Shown: positions 7,005-16,355 of the stretch, piece by piece
How the letters are laid out: each line of letters starts with the position of its first letter
How positions within the stretch are numbered: position 1 is the first letter of the stretch
Source: Bacteroidaceae bacterium
GTDB taxonomy: Bacteria; Bacteroidota; Bacteroidia; Bacteroidales; Bacteroidaceae
NCBI GenBank assembly: GCA_017483765.1
Contig: JAFUVE010000026.1
Location: forward strand, 87,814 to 151,813
Direction: 5' to 3'
Length of the DNA stretch: 64,000 bases
The notes under the pieces: model-generated
What the model saw: only the letters and a program-made list of their open reading frames with translations
Database searches by the model: none
Told to the model about the DNA's origin: nothing
Program-made: the position numbers and the translations under genes

Positions 7005-8996
7005 TTATTTCTTGAATGGCAGATACCAGTTCTGCTGGTTGCTGAGGTCCTTCACGGGGTTGTTGTTCTTCACCTTCTTGGCGAGCCATGCGCTTCCTTG
7101 CAAGCCGGCGTTGTTCTTGTGCTTGGCGAATCGCATCAAGTCATACCAGCGGGTGCCTTCGAAGCAGAACTCCATCGCCTCTTCGTCGCAGAGCAGCTCC
7201 TCCATCGCCATGATGGTGTCCTGCTTGGTCAGCATGTCGCCGTAGGGAGCAGGGTCAACGTGGTATTCAGGAATGATGGTCTCGCCTGTCTCTTCGTCCG
7301 TCGTCGCGTTGGCAATCGCCTCCTGGCGGGCTGCCTCAAGGTCGGCCGCATATTTGCGTGAGTGGTCGATTCTCTGGGCGAGGCCTGGATAGAGGGTTGC
7401 GTCGGCAGAAAGCACTCTAAGCATGGAGTCCACTTGAGTCTGGAACTGATAAGGAGAGGAACCGATGTAGTTGGCGTCGCTGGTGAAGCCGTGACCGTGC
7501 TGGTGGATCGGGTAGCTCTTTCCGAAGAAGGTCTCATAGTTGGCGTCGCTGAGGAACGTCTCGTTGAGGTAGTCGAGCGACTTCTGAGAGAGCCATGGCT
7601 GACGGCGGAGTGAGGCGTTGATGCCTTCCTTTAGGAATCCGAAAGCAAGGTCGGGCATCTCCATGCGGTTGAGGGCCTCGCACAAGTGGAGATAGACGGT
7701 GGTCAGACGGTAGAGGATGATGTTTCCGCTCTGGAACTTGTTGATCCACGTGATGTCTTCCTCATCTTCTTCGAGTGTGGTCTGTCCTTGCATCGTGCGC
7801 ATGATGGCGATGCTGCGCATGTCGCCGAACTTGATGGCCTTCACGTCGTTCATGTTGTTCGTCGGACTCGTTCCGACAACCTTGTACCGGTAGTAGTAGT
7901 CCTGGTTCTCGGTGAGGTAGGTGTAGTCGGCCGACGGCTGCAGCTGGAACTCTGTAATCCATGGAGCTGACAGCGAATAATAGTCATAGCCGAATGCCTT
8001 CGGCACGAGGGTGGTCGGACCGTTCACGCTGTTTACTGCCATCGGAATATAAGATATCACGTCGGTAGGAGTTCCGTTGGCAGCGAAAATGCTGGTGTAG
8101 GATGCCGCCCCCGAGAAGTTGTTGTTTCCGTAGTCATAGTCGCTTGGCGGCAGGATGTCCATATTCCGTCGGGTGAAAGTGGCCACGATGTTGGTCATCG
8201 GCTTCTTGGTCATAGTCAGGTAATCCACATAGCACTTGGCAGCGCGCTCGTAGTTGCCTGTCTCCAGGTACATGTCGCCGAGCACCACGCCCACCGGTAC
8301 GAAGATGTTCTTGAAGGTGACGGTCTTCGCACCTCCGCTGTTGGTGTTGCCCACGTTGATGTTGGCTCCGTAGTTGGGCACGTCGAATCCTGTGAACTTC
8401 AGCATCTCAGGTGCCAGTTCGGCAGTGATTTGCTCGAGGTTGTACTCCGGGAAGGTGTTGCCGTTGATTTGTGAGATGGTGGTCAGAGGCTCGGTGAAGA
8501 ACGGAACGGTTCCGTAGTTGCGGCAGAGCTGCAGATAGGCCCATGCTCGGAAGGCAAGCACGGCTGCATATTCTTTCACTGCCACTTTCTCACCTCCGGT
8601 CTGCAGTGTGGTGTCGCGGTGGGCGATGTAGTAGTTGCAGTTGTTGATCACACGGTAGTAAACATAGGCGGAGTCGTATTTGTTCTCCACTCCGGCGCTG
8701 AAGTCTTTCAATTGGTTGAGCGTGGAGTCGGTGTATTGTGTGGTAGCCACGAGCTCACCTCTCATCTCTCCTTGGAAGAAATACTGGTCGGCCAGCAGCT
8801 GCATGGCCTGTCCGATACCGAAGGCATAGAAGACGGAGTCGGTCTTCGCGTTCATGTCGGGGTCGAAGGTCTGCATGTCGCTCTCGGTCTCCATCATGTC
8901 CTCGCAGGAGGATAAGATTGTAGAGGTCATGGGCAGGCAGACGAGGGCTATCAGCAAGGCAAAACCGCTTCTCATATTGAATTTCATCTTTTTCAT
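7005..8996 (-). CDS. susD: SusD/RagB-family outer-membrane lipoprotein
   Basis: 663-aa ORF with a lipobox (ILSSC). It has the SusD-like helical core motif (LAFRAWAYLQLCRNYGTVPFF). It lies immediately downstream of susC. Confidence 0.9.
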   Translation of the reverse strand: MKKMKFNMRSGFALLIALVCLPMTSTILSSCEDMMETESDMQTFDPDMNAKTDSVFYAFGIGQAMQLLADQYFFQGEMRGELVATTQYTDSTLNQLKDFSAGVENKYDSAYVYYRVINNCNYYIAHRDTTLQTGGEKVAVKEYAAVLAFRAWAYLQLCRNYGTVPFFTEPLTTISQINGNTFPEYNLEQITAELAPEMLKFTGFDVPNYGANINVGNTNSGGAKTVTFKNIFVPVGVVLGDMYLETGNYERAAKCYVDYLTMTKKPMTNIVATFTRRNMDILPPSDYDYGNNNFSGAASYTSIFAANGTPTDVISYIPMAVNSVNGPTTLVPKAFGYDYYSLSAPWITEFQLQPSADYTYLTENQDYYYRYKVVGTSPTNNMNDVKAIKFGDMRSIAIMRTMQGQTTLEEDEEDITWINKFQSGNIILYRLTTVYLHLCEALNRMEMPDLAFGFLKEGINASLRRQPWLSQKSLDYLNETFLSDANYETFFGKSYPIHQHGHGFTSDANYIGSSPYQFQTQVDSMLRVLSADATLYPGLAQRIDHSRKYAADLEAARQEAIANATTDEETGETIIPEYHVDPAPYGDMLTKQDTIMAMEELLCDEEAMEFCFEGTRWYDLMRFAKHKNNAGLQGSAWLAKKVKNNNPVKDLSNQQNWYLPFKK

Positions 8997-9034
8997 TTTT
9001 TATCGAATTTGAGATTGTTTTTTTTTCTTTTTTT

Positions 9035-9070
9035 CTGAGTACTCTGAAAACTCAGAATGATTCAGCCATT
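9035..9070. repeat. degenerate 9-bp periodic stretch (ctgagtact ctgaaaact cagaatgat tcagccatt)
   Basis: Lies in the susC-susD spacer. The unit resembles the array at 40851. Confidence 0.45.
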
Positions 9071-9075
9071 GGATT

Positions 9076-12000
9076 TTAGAGGTTCACTCTCACACCGAAG
9101 AGGAAGGTGCGGCTCAGTGAGATGTTGCCGGCGTCGATGCCTTGGAAAAGCACGCCGTTGCCTGCGCTGAACTCAGGGTCGCCGCCTTTGTACTTGGAGA
9201 TGGTGAAGAGGTTCTGTGCCTCTGCCCAGAGGGTGAGTCCCTGAAGCCATGAGCTTGACGACGGAACTGGCACCTTATATGAGATGTTCACGTTCTTCAG
9301 TCTCAGGTAGCTTCCGTCCTCTATCCATCGGTCGCTGAAACGGTTGTTGCCCATCGGGTCGCCGTAGTTCACGCGTGGCATGTCGGTCTGCTGGCCTTCG
9401 TAGCGCCAGTGGCTTGTCTCTGCCACCTGCTGGTTGTAGAAGTTGCTTCCTGAGTTGATGATGGACCGCTGGTAGTTGTAGATGTCGTTGCCTACGCTGT
9501 AGTTGAAGTTCATGCTCAGGGTCACCCGCTTGTAGTTCACGTTAGCGAAGATGTGGCCGTAGATGTCAGGGTTGGGGTCGCCGATGACAACCTTGTCCTT
9601 GTCGTTGATCTCCTTGTCGCCGTTCTGGTCGATGAATCTGACGTCGCCGCCCTCAAAGTAGTTCTGAACGCCTGCTGCATTCTTCACGTACAAGCCGTCG
9701 GCATCGGCGTCAGCCGTCGTTTTGTATACACCGTCGGTCTTGAAGCCGTAGAACACGCCTACCGGTTTGCCAACTGCGGTGAGGATGTTGTTGTCGCCGT
9801 AGATGGAAGAGGTGTAGTCACCGTCGGGCAGTGAAGTCACCTTGTTCTTGTAGTGGCCCATCGTGGCTCCCATCTCGATGTTCCAGTCCTTCGTCACTAC
9901 AGGCTTGAACGAGAGAGCTGCCTCAAAACCTTCGTTCTTGAGGGCGCCTCCGTTGGTCCAGTATGCGTTGATACCTCCTACAGGGTTGTCGAATGTCTTG
10001 AGTGTGAGCAGGTCGCTGGTCTTGTGGATGAAATAGTTGAAGGCGAACGACAGACGGTTGTTGATGAAGTTACCTTCCATACCCAAGTTGAACTTCTTGG
10101 TGAGCTCCCACTTGATCTCGTCGTTACCGATATTGGTGAGCTGTGAGCCAGTCACGTGATAGTGGTATCTGACAGAGCTGAAAGAAGTCCGTGCTGCATA
10201 GTTGGAGATTCCGTCGTTACCGCTGGTGTCGAATCCGGCGTTCAGGCGGAGGTAGTTCACTGCCTTGTTGCGCTTGAACCACTTCTCGTTAGTCAGAACC
10301 CATCCTGCCTGAACGCTGGGGAAGAACGCCCAGCTGACGCCTGCTATCTTGCTTCCGGCCTTTTCGCCGAAGCGGCTGTTGGTCTCGGCAAGGAGCGAGA
10401 GGGTGAGGAAGTACTTGTTCTGGTAGTTGTAGTCAGCGTTTCCGTACCACTGGATTTGTTTCCACACGTCGTTCGATCCGTCGTTGTCGGAGAAGGCCTG
10501 CGAGTCGTCGGTGCTCAGCGCGGCGTTCTTGTCGTCGGTCTGGCCCTTGTACTGTGATGACAGAGCTGTGCCGTCATATTTGAAACGGTTGAACTTGAAT
10601 CCTCCGAACACGTCGATGGTGTGGCTTCCATACTGGTTCCCCCATTTCAGACGTGTGTCGCTGAGGAAGTTGTTCTCAGTGGCCTGGTATGATCCCACCT
10701 TTGCATAGACGGTACCCAGCTCGCTGATGACGAACGGTGGAACGCCGGAGTAGGGGCGGAAATATTTCTGGTTGTTGCGCACGAGTGAGTAAGCCACCAT
10801 CTCAGTCAGGAACAAGTGCTTGTTGATCTCCAGTGTCGGTGCGAGCGTGATGTTGAAGTATGTGTTCTCGTTCTTGTTCTTGTGCTCGCCCGATCCGTTG
10901 GTCAGGATGGCCACGGGGTTGGCAAGCGACTGCGCTGTGCCGAGACCGCCCGTCACGTTGTTCAGCTGGCTGAAGATGTCGTCGTAGTTGCTCAGGATGT
11001 TGGAGAGCTTTCCTGTCTGCGCGTTGTAGGTGTAAGGCGCCACGATAGGCGACTTGATGAGCGCGAGGAAGTTGGGCGATGTGATGGCGCCCTGGCTGAG
11101 GTTGGCAGGAATAGCTGTGTCGAGCACCTTGCTGTTGGTACGCGAGATTGACATGTTGAACACGGTCTTGAGGATCGGCAGAATCTCGATGTCGGTGTTG
11201 AAGCGGATGTTGAACCGGTCGAAGTCGCTCTTCTTCATCGTGTTCTTGGCATTCATGTAGCCAACGGAGAGGTTGTACATACCCACATCGTCACCTCCCT
11301 GCACGTTCACGCTGTAGTTCTGCGTCATGGCCTCTCGGTAGATGTAGTCTTCCCAGTCCGTGTTGTTGTGGTACATATTATAGTAGTAGCCGTTGGGGTC
11401 ATCGTTGAGGAAGTTCATCGTGAGTGTGCGGTTGTAGTCTTTCACTGCGTCGATGGTTCCGATCATCTCAGAGGCATAGGTGCGGTACTGCTTTGCGTTC
11501 ATCATCTTAGGCAGTGTGGGAATGAGCTGAACACCGGCATAGATGTCAGCGTCGATTCTCGTGGCCATCGAGTGGCCGCGCTTGGTCTTGATGAGGATGA
11601 CTCCGTTACCACCTCTTGAACCGTAAAGCGCGGTGGCGTTCTTCACGACTTCCACGCTCTCGATGTCGTTGGGCGAGAGGTTGGCGAGCACGTTCATGAA
11701 CTGTCCCTCGTGCAAGGCCGTGCGGTCGAGCATCATGTCCTGCTCGATTCCGTCGATGACGATGAGCGGCTGGGCGTTGGCGTTGATGGAGTTGAGTCCT
11801 CTGATGAACATCGAAGCTCCGTTCTCTATCATTCCTGACCGTGTGATGGACCTTACGTCTCCCTGCAGTTGCTGGTTGATGTGCCCGTCCGGAGTGGCAT
11901 AGTGGCCCTCCATGTTCACCTTCTTGGTGGCTGTGTATTTCGTGTCGTTCCCATACATTTCATAGAACTTGTCGCTGAGCATCTTGATGCGTATGGGTGT

Positions 12001-12366
12001 CTCCGTGTCATCGGGGTCGACGGGCACCTGCTGGCTGAGGTAGTCAGGAGTGAATACATACAGAGCCGTCACAAAATCTGGTACATTGATTTTGAAATAG
12101 CCTTCCTCGTCGGTCATCGCCGCATAATTGGGATTTCCGAGGGCTTGAACCTTCACACCGGAAATCGGTGCGTTGGTGGCCTCGTCGAGCACCATTCCGA
12201 AGAGCTCTTTCGTAGGATATTTCTTCACCACGCGTGCCACTTTCTCAGGTACTTTCTGCTCCGTGGCTTCCTCCTGAGCGGTCACAGATGCAGGCATGGC
12301 CAGCATGGCGGCTGCGAGAATGAGGAGCATTCTCTTGCGATTCATATGATTAGTTATATTTGCCAT
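9076..12366 (-). CDS. susC: SusC/RagA-family TonB-dependent outer-membrane transporter
   Basis: 1096-aa ORF. It has an N-terminal carboxypeptidase-regulatory-like domain (GMVLDEATNAPISGVKVQAL), a plug (GASMFIRGLNSINANAQPLIVIDG) and a C-terminal beta-barrel ending ..FLFGVRVNL. Confidence 0.92.
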   Translation of the reverse strand: MANITNHMNRKRMLLILAAAMLAMPASVTAQEEATEQKVPEKVARVVKKYPTKELFGMVLDEATNAPISGVKVQALGNPNYAAMTDEEGYFKINVPDFVTALYVFTPDYLSQQVPVDPDDTETPIRIKMLSDKFYEMYGNDTKYTATKKVNMEGHYATPDGHINQQLQGDVRSITRSGMIENGASMFIRGLNSINANAQPLIVIDGIEQDMMLDRTALHEGQFMNVLANLSPNDIESVEVVKNATALYGSRGGNGVILIKTKRGHSMATRIDADIYAGVQLIPTLPKMMNAKQYRTYASEMIGTIDAVKDYNRTLTMNFLNDDPNGYYYNMYHNNTDWEDYIYREAMTQNYSVNVQGGDDVGMYNLSVGYMNAKNTMKKSDFDRFNIRFNTDIEILPILKTVFNMSISRTNSKVLDTAIPANLSQGAITSPNFLALIKSPIVAPYTYNAQTGKLSNILSNYDDIFSQLNNVTGGLGTAQSLANPVAILTNGSGEHKNKNENTYFNITLAPTLEINKHLFLTEMVAYSLVRNNQKYFRPYSGVPPFVISELGTVYAKVGSYQATENNFLSDTRLKWGNQYGSHTIDVFGGFKFNRFKYDGTALSSQYKGQTDDKNAALSTDDSQAFSDNDGSNDVWKQIQWYGNADYNYQNKYFLTLSLLAETNSRFGEKAGSKIAGVSWAFFPSVQAGWVLTNEKWFKRNKAVNYLRLNAGFDTSGNDGISNYAARTSFSSVRYHYHVTGSQLTNIGNDEIKWELTKKFNLGMEGNFINNRLSFAFNYFIHKTSDLLTLKTFDNPVGGINAYWTNGGALKNEGFEAALSFKPVVTKDWNIEMGATMGHYKNKVTSLPDGDYTSSIYGDNNILTAVGKPVGVFYGFKTDGVYKTTADADADGLYVKNAAGVQNYFEGGDVRFIDQNGDKEINDKDKVVIGDPNPDIYGHIFANVNYKRVTLSMNFNYSVGNDIYNYQRSIINSGSNFYNQQVAETSHWRYEGQQTDMPRVNYGDPMGNNRFSDRWIEDGSYLRLKNVNISYKVPVPSSSSWLQGLTLWAEAQNLFTISKYKGGDPEFSAGNGVLFQGIDAGNISLSRTFLFGVRVNL

Positions 12367-12375
12367 AGTGTAATC

Positions 12376-14193
12376 CTATTTTTTAGTAGACTTTCTTGAT
12401 TTCACGTTGCCTTGCTCTTCCAGGTATGCCTCGTAGTCCAACGGGCGGAAGATGATGGAACAGATTCTGATGTCGCGGCTGTAGTTCTCCAGAATGGCCT
12501 TACGCAGCACATTGATTCTGGCTGAGTTGGTCACCTTGATGTTTGGATAGTAGCCTGTTCCGGCATAGCAGTAGGGTATGGTGAGACGTCCCAGGTACAT
12601 GGTATCGACCTTCGACGTGTCGTTGACGAAGTCGGTGTCAGTCAGCTTTGCCGTACCTCCCTGCACAATGGATTCTCCGTCGTAGCGTTCGTTCTTGAAA
12701 GCCAGGTCGGTGGTGGTGTACTGCGTCTTGCCGTTCTCGTCAACATAGTAGCCGTTGTAGCTGAAGTTGAGAATGTTCGGCTTCACGGCGTTGATGGAGT
12801 CGCGAAGGTCAACATTGGCCGGAGGTATGACGGCGTAGATGTTATAGGTAGTTGCCATCAGTCCGTCGATGAGGTAGTCAACCTCTGGCTTTGAGCGCTC
12901 GCCCGACGTGGCCCAGCAGAATGAGAGGTTTTGTCCAGGCTTGAGAGTGACCAGGTCGGTGTTCACATAATCCTCTGGCACGCTCACCCTTGAGAATGTC
13001 AAGTCGTTGAGGTGGCGAATATAATTGAAGTATCCGTCAATCTCCAGTTCCGGGTTGTAGGTCTCCCATGGCTTGAATGCCAGGGTGTCCACAACGAAGC
13101 CGTAGCCGTTGGACAGGCGCTCCTTGCTGACGATGTACTGGTCGCTGAACACCTCGTCGCCGTTGGAGAACTTGTTGAAATAGGTTGTCACAATGGTGTC
13201 GTTGTAATTCACGGCGTCGTTCTTCACCAAGTGCATGTTGTACTTGTTGTTGTTGCTGTAGAACAGGTTGTTGACGATTGCGCGGCGGGTCAAGGAGTCG
13301 GTGAGGAAAGCGAAGTTCACTCCGAGTGTCGCAGCTGTGATGGTCTGTGCGTCGAACTCGTTGGTGGTTTCGTTATACACCTGGCATTTCATTCCGTCGT
13401 AGAACTTGAAGAACGGCTTGATGGTGTTGTAAGTGTTTGTATACGCCTTGTTGGTGGGCAGCAGGATGGAGTAGGTGCTGTCCTCGCTCTCGATGCGGGC
13501 CCTGAGCCTTGTGGTCATCGTGTTGGAGGTGGTGAATACGGAATCCAGGTAGGTCTGCTTACCGTTTACCACCGGGCCGATGACCGAGCTGCGGGTGTCC
13601 AGGGTCGTGTCGTTGTACTGGTTGATGTAGGCAGCGATGGAGTCAATCCCTTCAATCATCGACAGTGCTTCCAGACCGTTTGGCAGGAACTCCGACTCAC
13701 CGTTGATCACGTGCAGCGTTCCGTTGCTGCTGGGAAGGTTGTACATGTTAGCAACCAGCTGCTGGGAGTTGTAGGTATAGTTTCCTTCGCTCAGCATGAA
13801 CTCATACGACTTCTTGTTGAGTGTCTTCACCTTCTCGTAGAGGTTGCCCTTGGCGAGATGGTTGTACTCAGCGATGTGGTTGTTGATGAACTGCTGCAGG
13901 ATGGCTTCGTCCGTGCAGTTGAGCACGGAGTCCACGTTGTATGTTCCGTCGAGCGGGGCCCATATCGTGTAGTAGCGGTTGGCGCTGAGCGTCTCCTGCA
14001 GACCTGCCTTCTTGAGCACCTTCACGAAGTCGGAAATCTGAGACTGGGAGTTGATGTTCTCCCATAGTGTCTGCTCAGCTGCAGGGTTGATGTCCTCTTG
14101 GACCGTGTTCCAGTCGTCGTAGTCCGAACATCCGGTGGCGAGTGCGAAGAGCGGCGTGAGCAGTAATAGTCTTATATATTTGTTCTTTTTCAT
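12376..14193 (-). CDS. fasciclin (FAS1) domain surface lipoprotein
   Basis: 605-aa ORF with a lipobox (LATGC). FAS1 motifs are present: YYTIWAPLDGTY, NNHIAEYNH and SSNGTLHVING. Confidence 0.8.
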   Translation of the reverse strand: MKKNKYIRLLLLTPLFALATGCSDYDDWNTVQEDINPAAEQTLWENINSQSQISDFVKVLKKAGLQETLSANRYYTIWAPLDGTYNVDSVLNCTDEAILQQFINNHIAEYNHLAKGNLYEKVKTLNKKSYEFMLSEGNYTYNSQQLVANMYNLPSSNGTLHVINGESEFLPNGLEALSMIEGIDSIAAYINQYNDTTLDTRSSVIGPVVNGKQTYLDSVFTTSNTMTTRLRARIESEDSTYSILLPTNKAYTNTYNTIKPFFKFYDGMKCQVYNETTNEFDAQTITAATLGVNFAFLTDSLTRRAIVNNLFYSNNNKYNMHLVKNDAVNYNDTIVTTYFNKFSNGDEVFSDQYIVSKERLSNGYGFVVDTLAFKPWETYNPELEIDGYFNYIRHLNDLTFSRVSVPEDYVNTDLVTLKPGQNLSFCWATSGERSKPEVDYLIDGLMATTYNIYAVIPPANVDLRDSINAVKPNILNFSYNGYYVDENGKTQYTTTDLAFKNERYDGESIVQGGTAKLTDTDFVNDTSKVDTMYLGRLTIPYCYAGTGYYPNIKVTNSARINVLRKAILENYSRDIRICSIIFRPLDYEAYLEEQGNVKSRKSTKK

Positions 14194-14214
14194 AACTATA
14201 TGGTTTTTATGGGT

Positions 14215-16329
14215 TTACATCCAGTCTTCCTGATACTGGTCGTTATTGACGATGTCTACTGGAACGAACTCTACGTAGTCGAGCTGCCATTTGAGCGCGT
14301 CGCCGTTGCTGAGCATGTTCTTGATTCTCAGCCAGTATTCCTCGCTCTGACGGAACTGCTGGGTGGTCAGGATCTTACGCAGAACGACGGTACCGTCAGT
14401 ACGGCAGTTTCCGTTGCCGGTGATGGCCTCCACGTATGACTCTGCATGTCCGCGGTATGAGAACGGGCCGCGCATATAGCCCTTGTTGCGCAGGGCTCGG
14501 TCGGTCTCGATGCCTCGGTCGTCCTCCTCGCTCGTGTCGGTCCATCCGATTCGCTCATCGGCGGCTGCGATGCGCACGTCGAGAGGGATGCCGAGCGGCT
14601 GCATGGACGAGATGTCGCTGCTGGTTCCGAGATAGAACTGCATGAATCCGCCGTGCTGCATCGGTGAGTAGAACATACGCATCTCGTAGTTGCCGGTCGG
14701 AATTGGCGGCATCTTGATGGCCAGGTCGTAGTTGCCCCAGCCTTGGAAGGCGTCGGCCTGCAGTGAGCGGAATGCACCCTTCACGTTGTAGCGCAGCTTG
14801 TTCTGGTCATTGTAGCAATGCACGTTGTCGAAGTAGTTCAGAGGGAATGCGATACGTGCTCCTGAGCCGCCTCCGTTCATGGCGCTCACTTCGGTGGCGG
14901 AGTTGTAGCGGAAACCGTTGTTGATGAACTCGGGCAGGAACGTGGTGGCGTCGAAGCGCAGGCGCTCATGCAGCACCTCGTTCTTCACCGACCAGTCGTA
15001 CACGAGCATGTCGGTGATGCCGTGAATATGTCCGTTGTGGGCCTGACGGTTCACGTTGGTGTCGACACGTATGTTCTCGCGTATCGTTCCGTGCATGGCT
15101 GCTGATCCGAGTGTGCCGACTTCGTCGGTGAGCGTGTTGTTTGGGCGGTAGCGGTTGATGTAGAGTCGCTTGCTCGAGCTGTTTGTGCTGGTGCCGCAGG
15201 CGTAGGCCTGGGGCTCCCAGATCTTGATGAGCGTGTGGGGCAGCATGGTCTCGTAGTAGTCGTAGGGCTCACCACCGCAAAGCGTGTTGTTGTAGTTCCA
15301 GTAGATGCTGGAGCCGGACTCGAACACGAGCTGGTCCTTGGCCATGTTCACATACAGGCAGTGGTAGCGTACGAACATGTTCAGGCAGTTCCATTGGTTG
15401 GTGTAGTCGTCGCCTGTGCTGACGGTGATTCCCTTCTCGCTCACGTAGTCATACCACTGTGCGCAGTCCTTGTACTGCTCGTTGGCATAGGCTATCAGGT
15501 CGTCTATGTTGTGGATGCCGTGCTTGGCCAGAACTTCGTCGCTCTCGGCGAAGATGGTGAAGCCCACGCGGCACTCCTCTGGCCAGTACAGCTCGTCGGT
15601 CTTCGTACCGCTTGATGCGCTCACGTCCCAGTTGTCGTTGATGGTGTAGGTCTCGTCTTTCTTGGCCTTCACCATGAGCTTGTCGATGCCGGTGAGTTTC
15701 AGGGCGTCGTTGAAGATGGTGTAGCCTTCCACGTGGTCCATCTCGTCGCCAATCAGGCGCGATGAACGGGCGATCACGTCGTCCACCTTGTGGAAGATAC
15801 CGTTCACGGCCTCGTTGTCGCCGCTGATGATGCGCGAGCTGTTCATCAGCGTGTAGCCGTCCTGCACTTCGGTTGACACCATGTAGCCCAGCAGTGTGTT
15901 GATACTTCCTGAAGACTCTGCCAGGTCCACGATAGTGTATGTTCCGTTGATGAGGTGGTATTTGGCGATGTCGTTGCACAGGCTGTCGGTCAGGCCCTCG
16001 AGCGAGTTCTCTGTCATACCGTTGTGCGGAATGCGGCACTCATCGTCGTTCCACAGACTGTCGAGATAAGCCGTCACGCCGTCGTTGGTTGGGGCGAAGC
16101 ATGTGTACGTTCCCCATGCGCTCAGGTTCTTGTCCATGCCGATTCGCTGAAGTATATACTCAAATGATGAGAGCTCAGCGTCCTCCATGATGTAGTCGTT
16201 GATGGTCTTTCCTGTGGATGTGTAGAGGTCGTCTCCGTCGGGCTCGTTTTCGCACGCGTTGAAGACGAATAGTCCCACTGCCATCATCAGAAGCGCTTTC
16301 ACGTTATATATAAAATTATACTTTTTCAT
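14215..16329 (-). CDS. fasciclin (FAS1) domain protein
   Basis: 704-aa ORF with signal/lipobox (VFNAC). FAS1 motifs are present: TYTCFAPTNDGVTAYL, IAKYHLINGTY and AVNGIFHKVDDVI. Confidence 0.8.
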   Translation of the reverse strand: MKKYNFIYNVKALLMMAVGLFVFNACENEPDGDDLYTSTGKTINDYIMEDAELSSFEYILQRIGMDKNLSAWGTYTCFAPTNDGVTAYLDSLWNDDECRIPHNGMTENSLEGLTDSLCNDIAKYHLINGTYTIVDLAESSGSINTLLGYMVSTEVQDGYTLMNSSRIISGDNEAVNGIFHKVDDVIARSSRLIGDEMDHVEGYTIFNDALKLTGIDKLMVKAKKDETYTINDNWDVSASSGTKTDELYWPEECRVGFTIFAESDEVLAKHGIHNIDDLIAYANEQYKDCAQWYDYVSEKGITVSTGDDYTNQWNCLNMFVRYHCLYVNMAKDQLVFESGSSIYWNYNNTLCGGEPYDYYETMLPHTLIKIWEPQAYACGTSTNSSSKRLYINRYRPNNTLTDEVGTLGSAAMHGTIRENIRVDTNVNRQAHNGHIHGITDMLVYDWSVKNEVLHERLRFDATTFLPEFINNGFRYNSATEVSAMNGGGSGARIAFPLNYFDNVHCYNDQNKLRYNVKGAFRSLQADAFQGWGNYDLAIKMPPIPTGNYEMRMFYSPMQHGGFMQFYLGTSSDISSMQPLGIPLDVRIAAADERIGWTDTSEEDDRGIETDRALRNKGYMRGPFSYRGHAESYVEAITGNGNCRTDGTVVLRKILTTQQFRQSEEYWLRIKNMLSNGDALKWQLDYVEFVPVDIVNNDQYQEDWM

Positions 16330-16355
16330 ATCTTCTTGTCGTTAAGAGTTAATGT

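Noticed and set aside
6516-7015. ORFs 6516-6770 (+), 6558-6785 (-) and 6713-7015 (+) that encode tripeptide-repeat proteins (LVG.., SDK.., PTGRTSQTS..)
   Set aside because: They are read-through translations of the 9-bp tandem arrays. They have no start context and span a strong terminator. The low-complexity products come entirely from the repeat period being a multiple of 3.
13012-14067. A 351-aa plus-strand ORF, together with many similar long ORFs such as 23307-24113, 25726-26478, 28561-29346, 30754-31359 and 33021-33704
   Set aside because: Each is fully antisense to a minus-strand gene with clear domain signatures. Their Val/Gly/Arg/His-rich composition is typical of shadow frames. They lack signal or start context.
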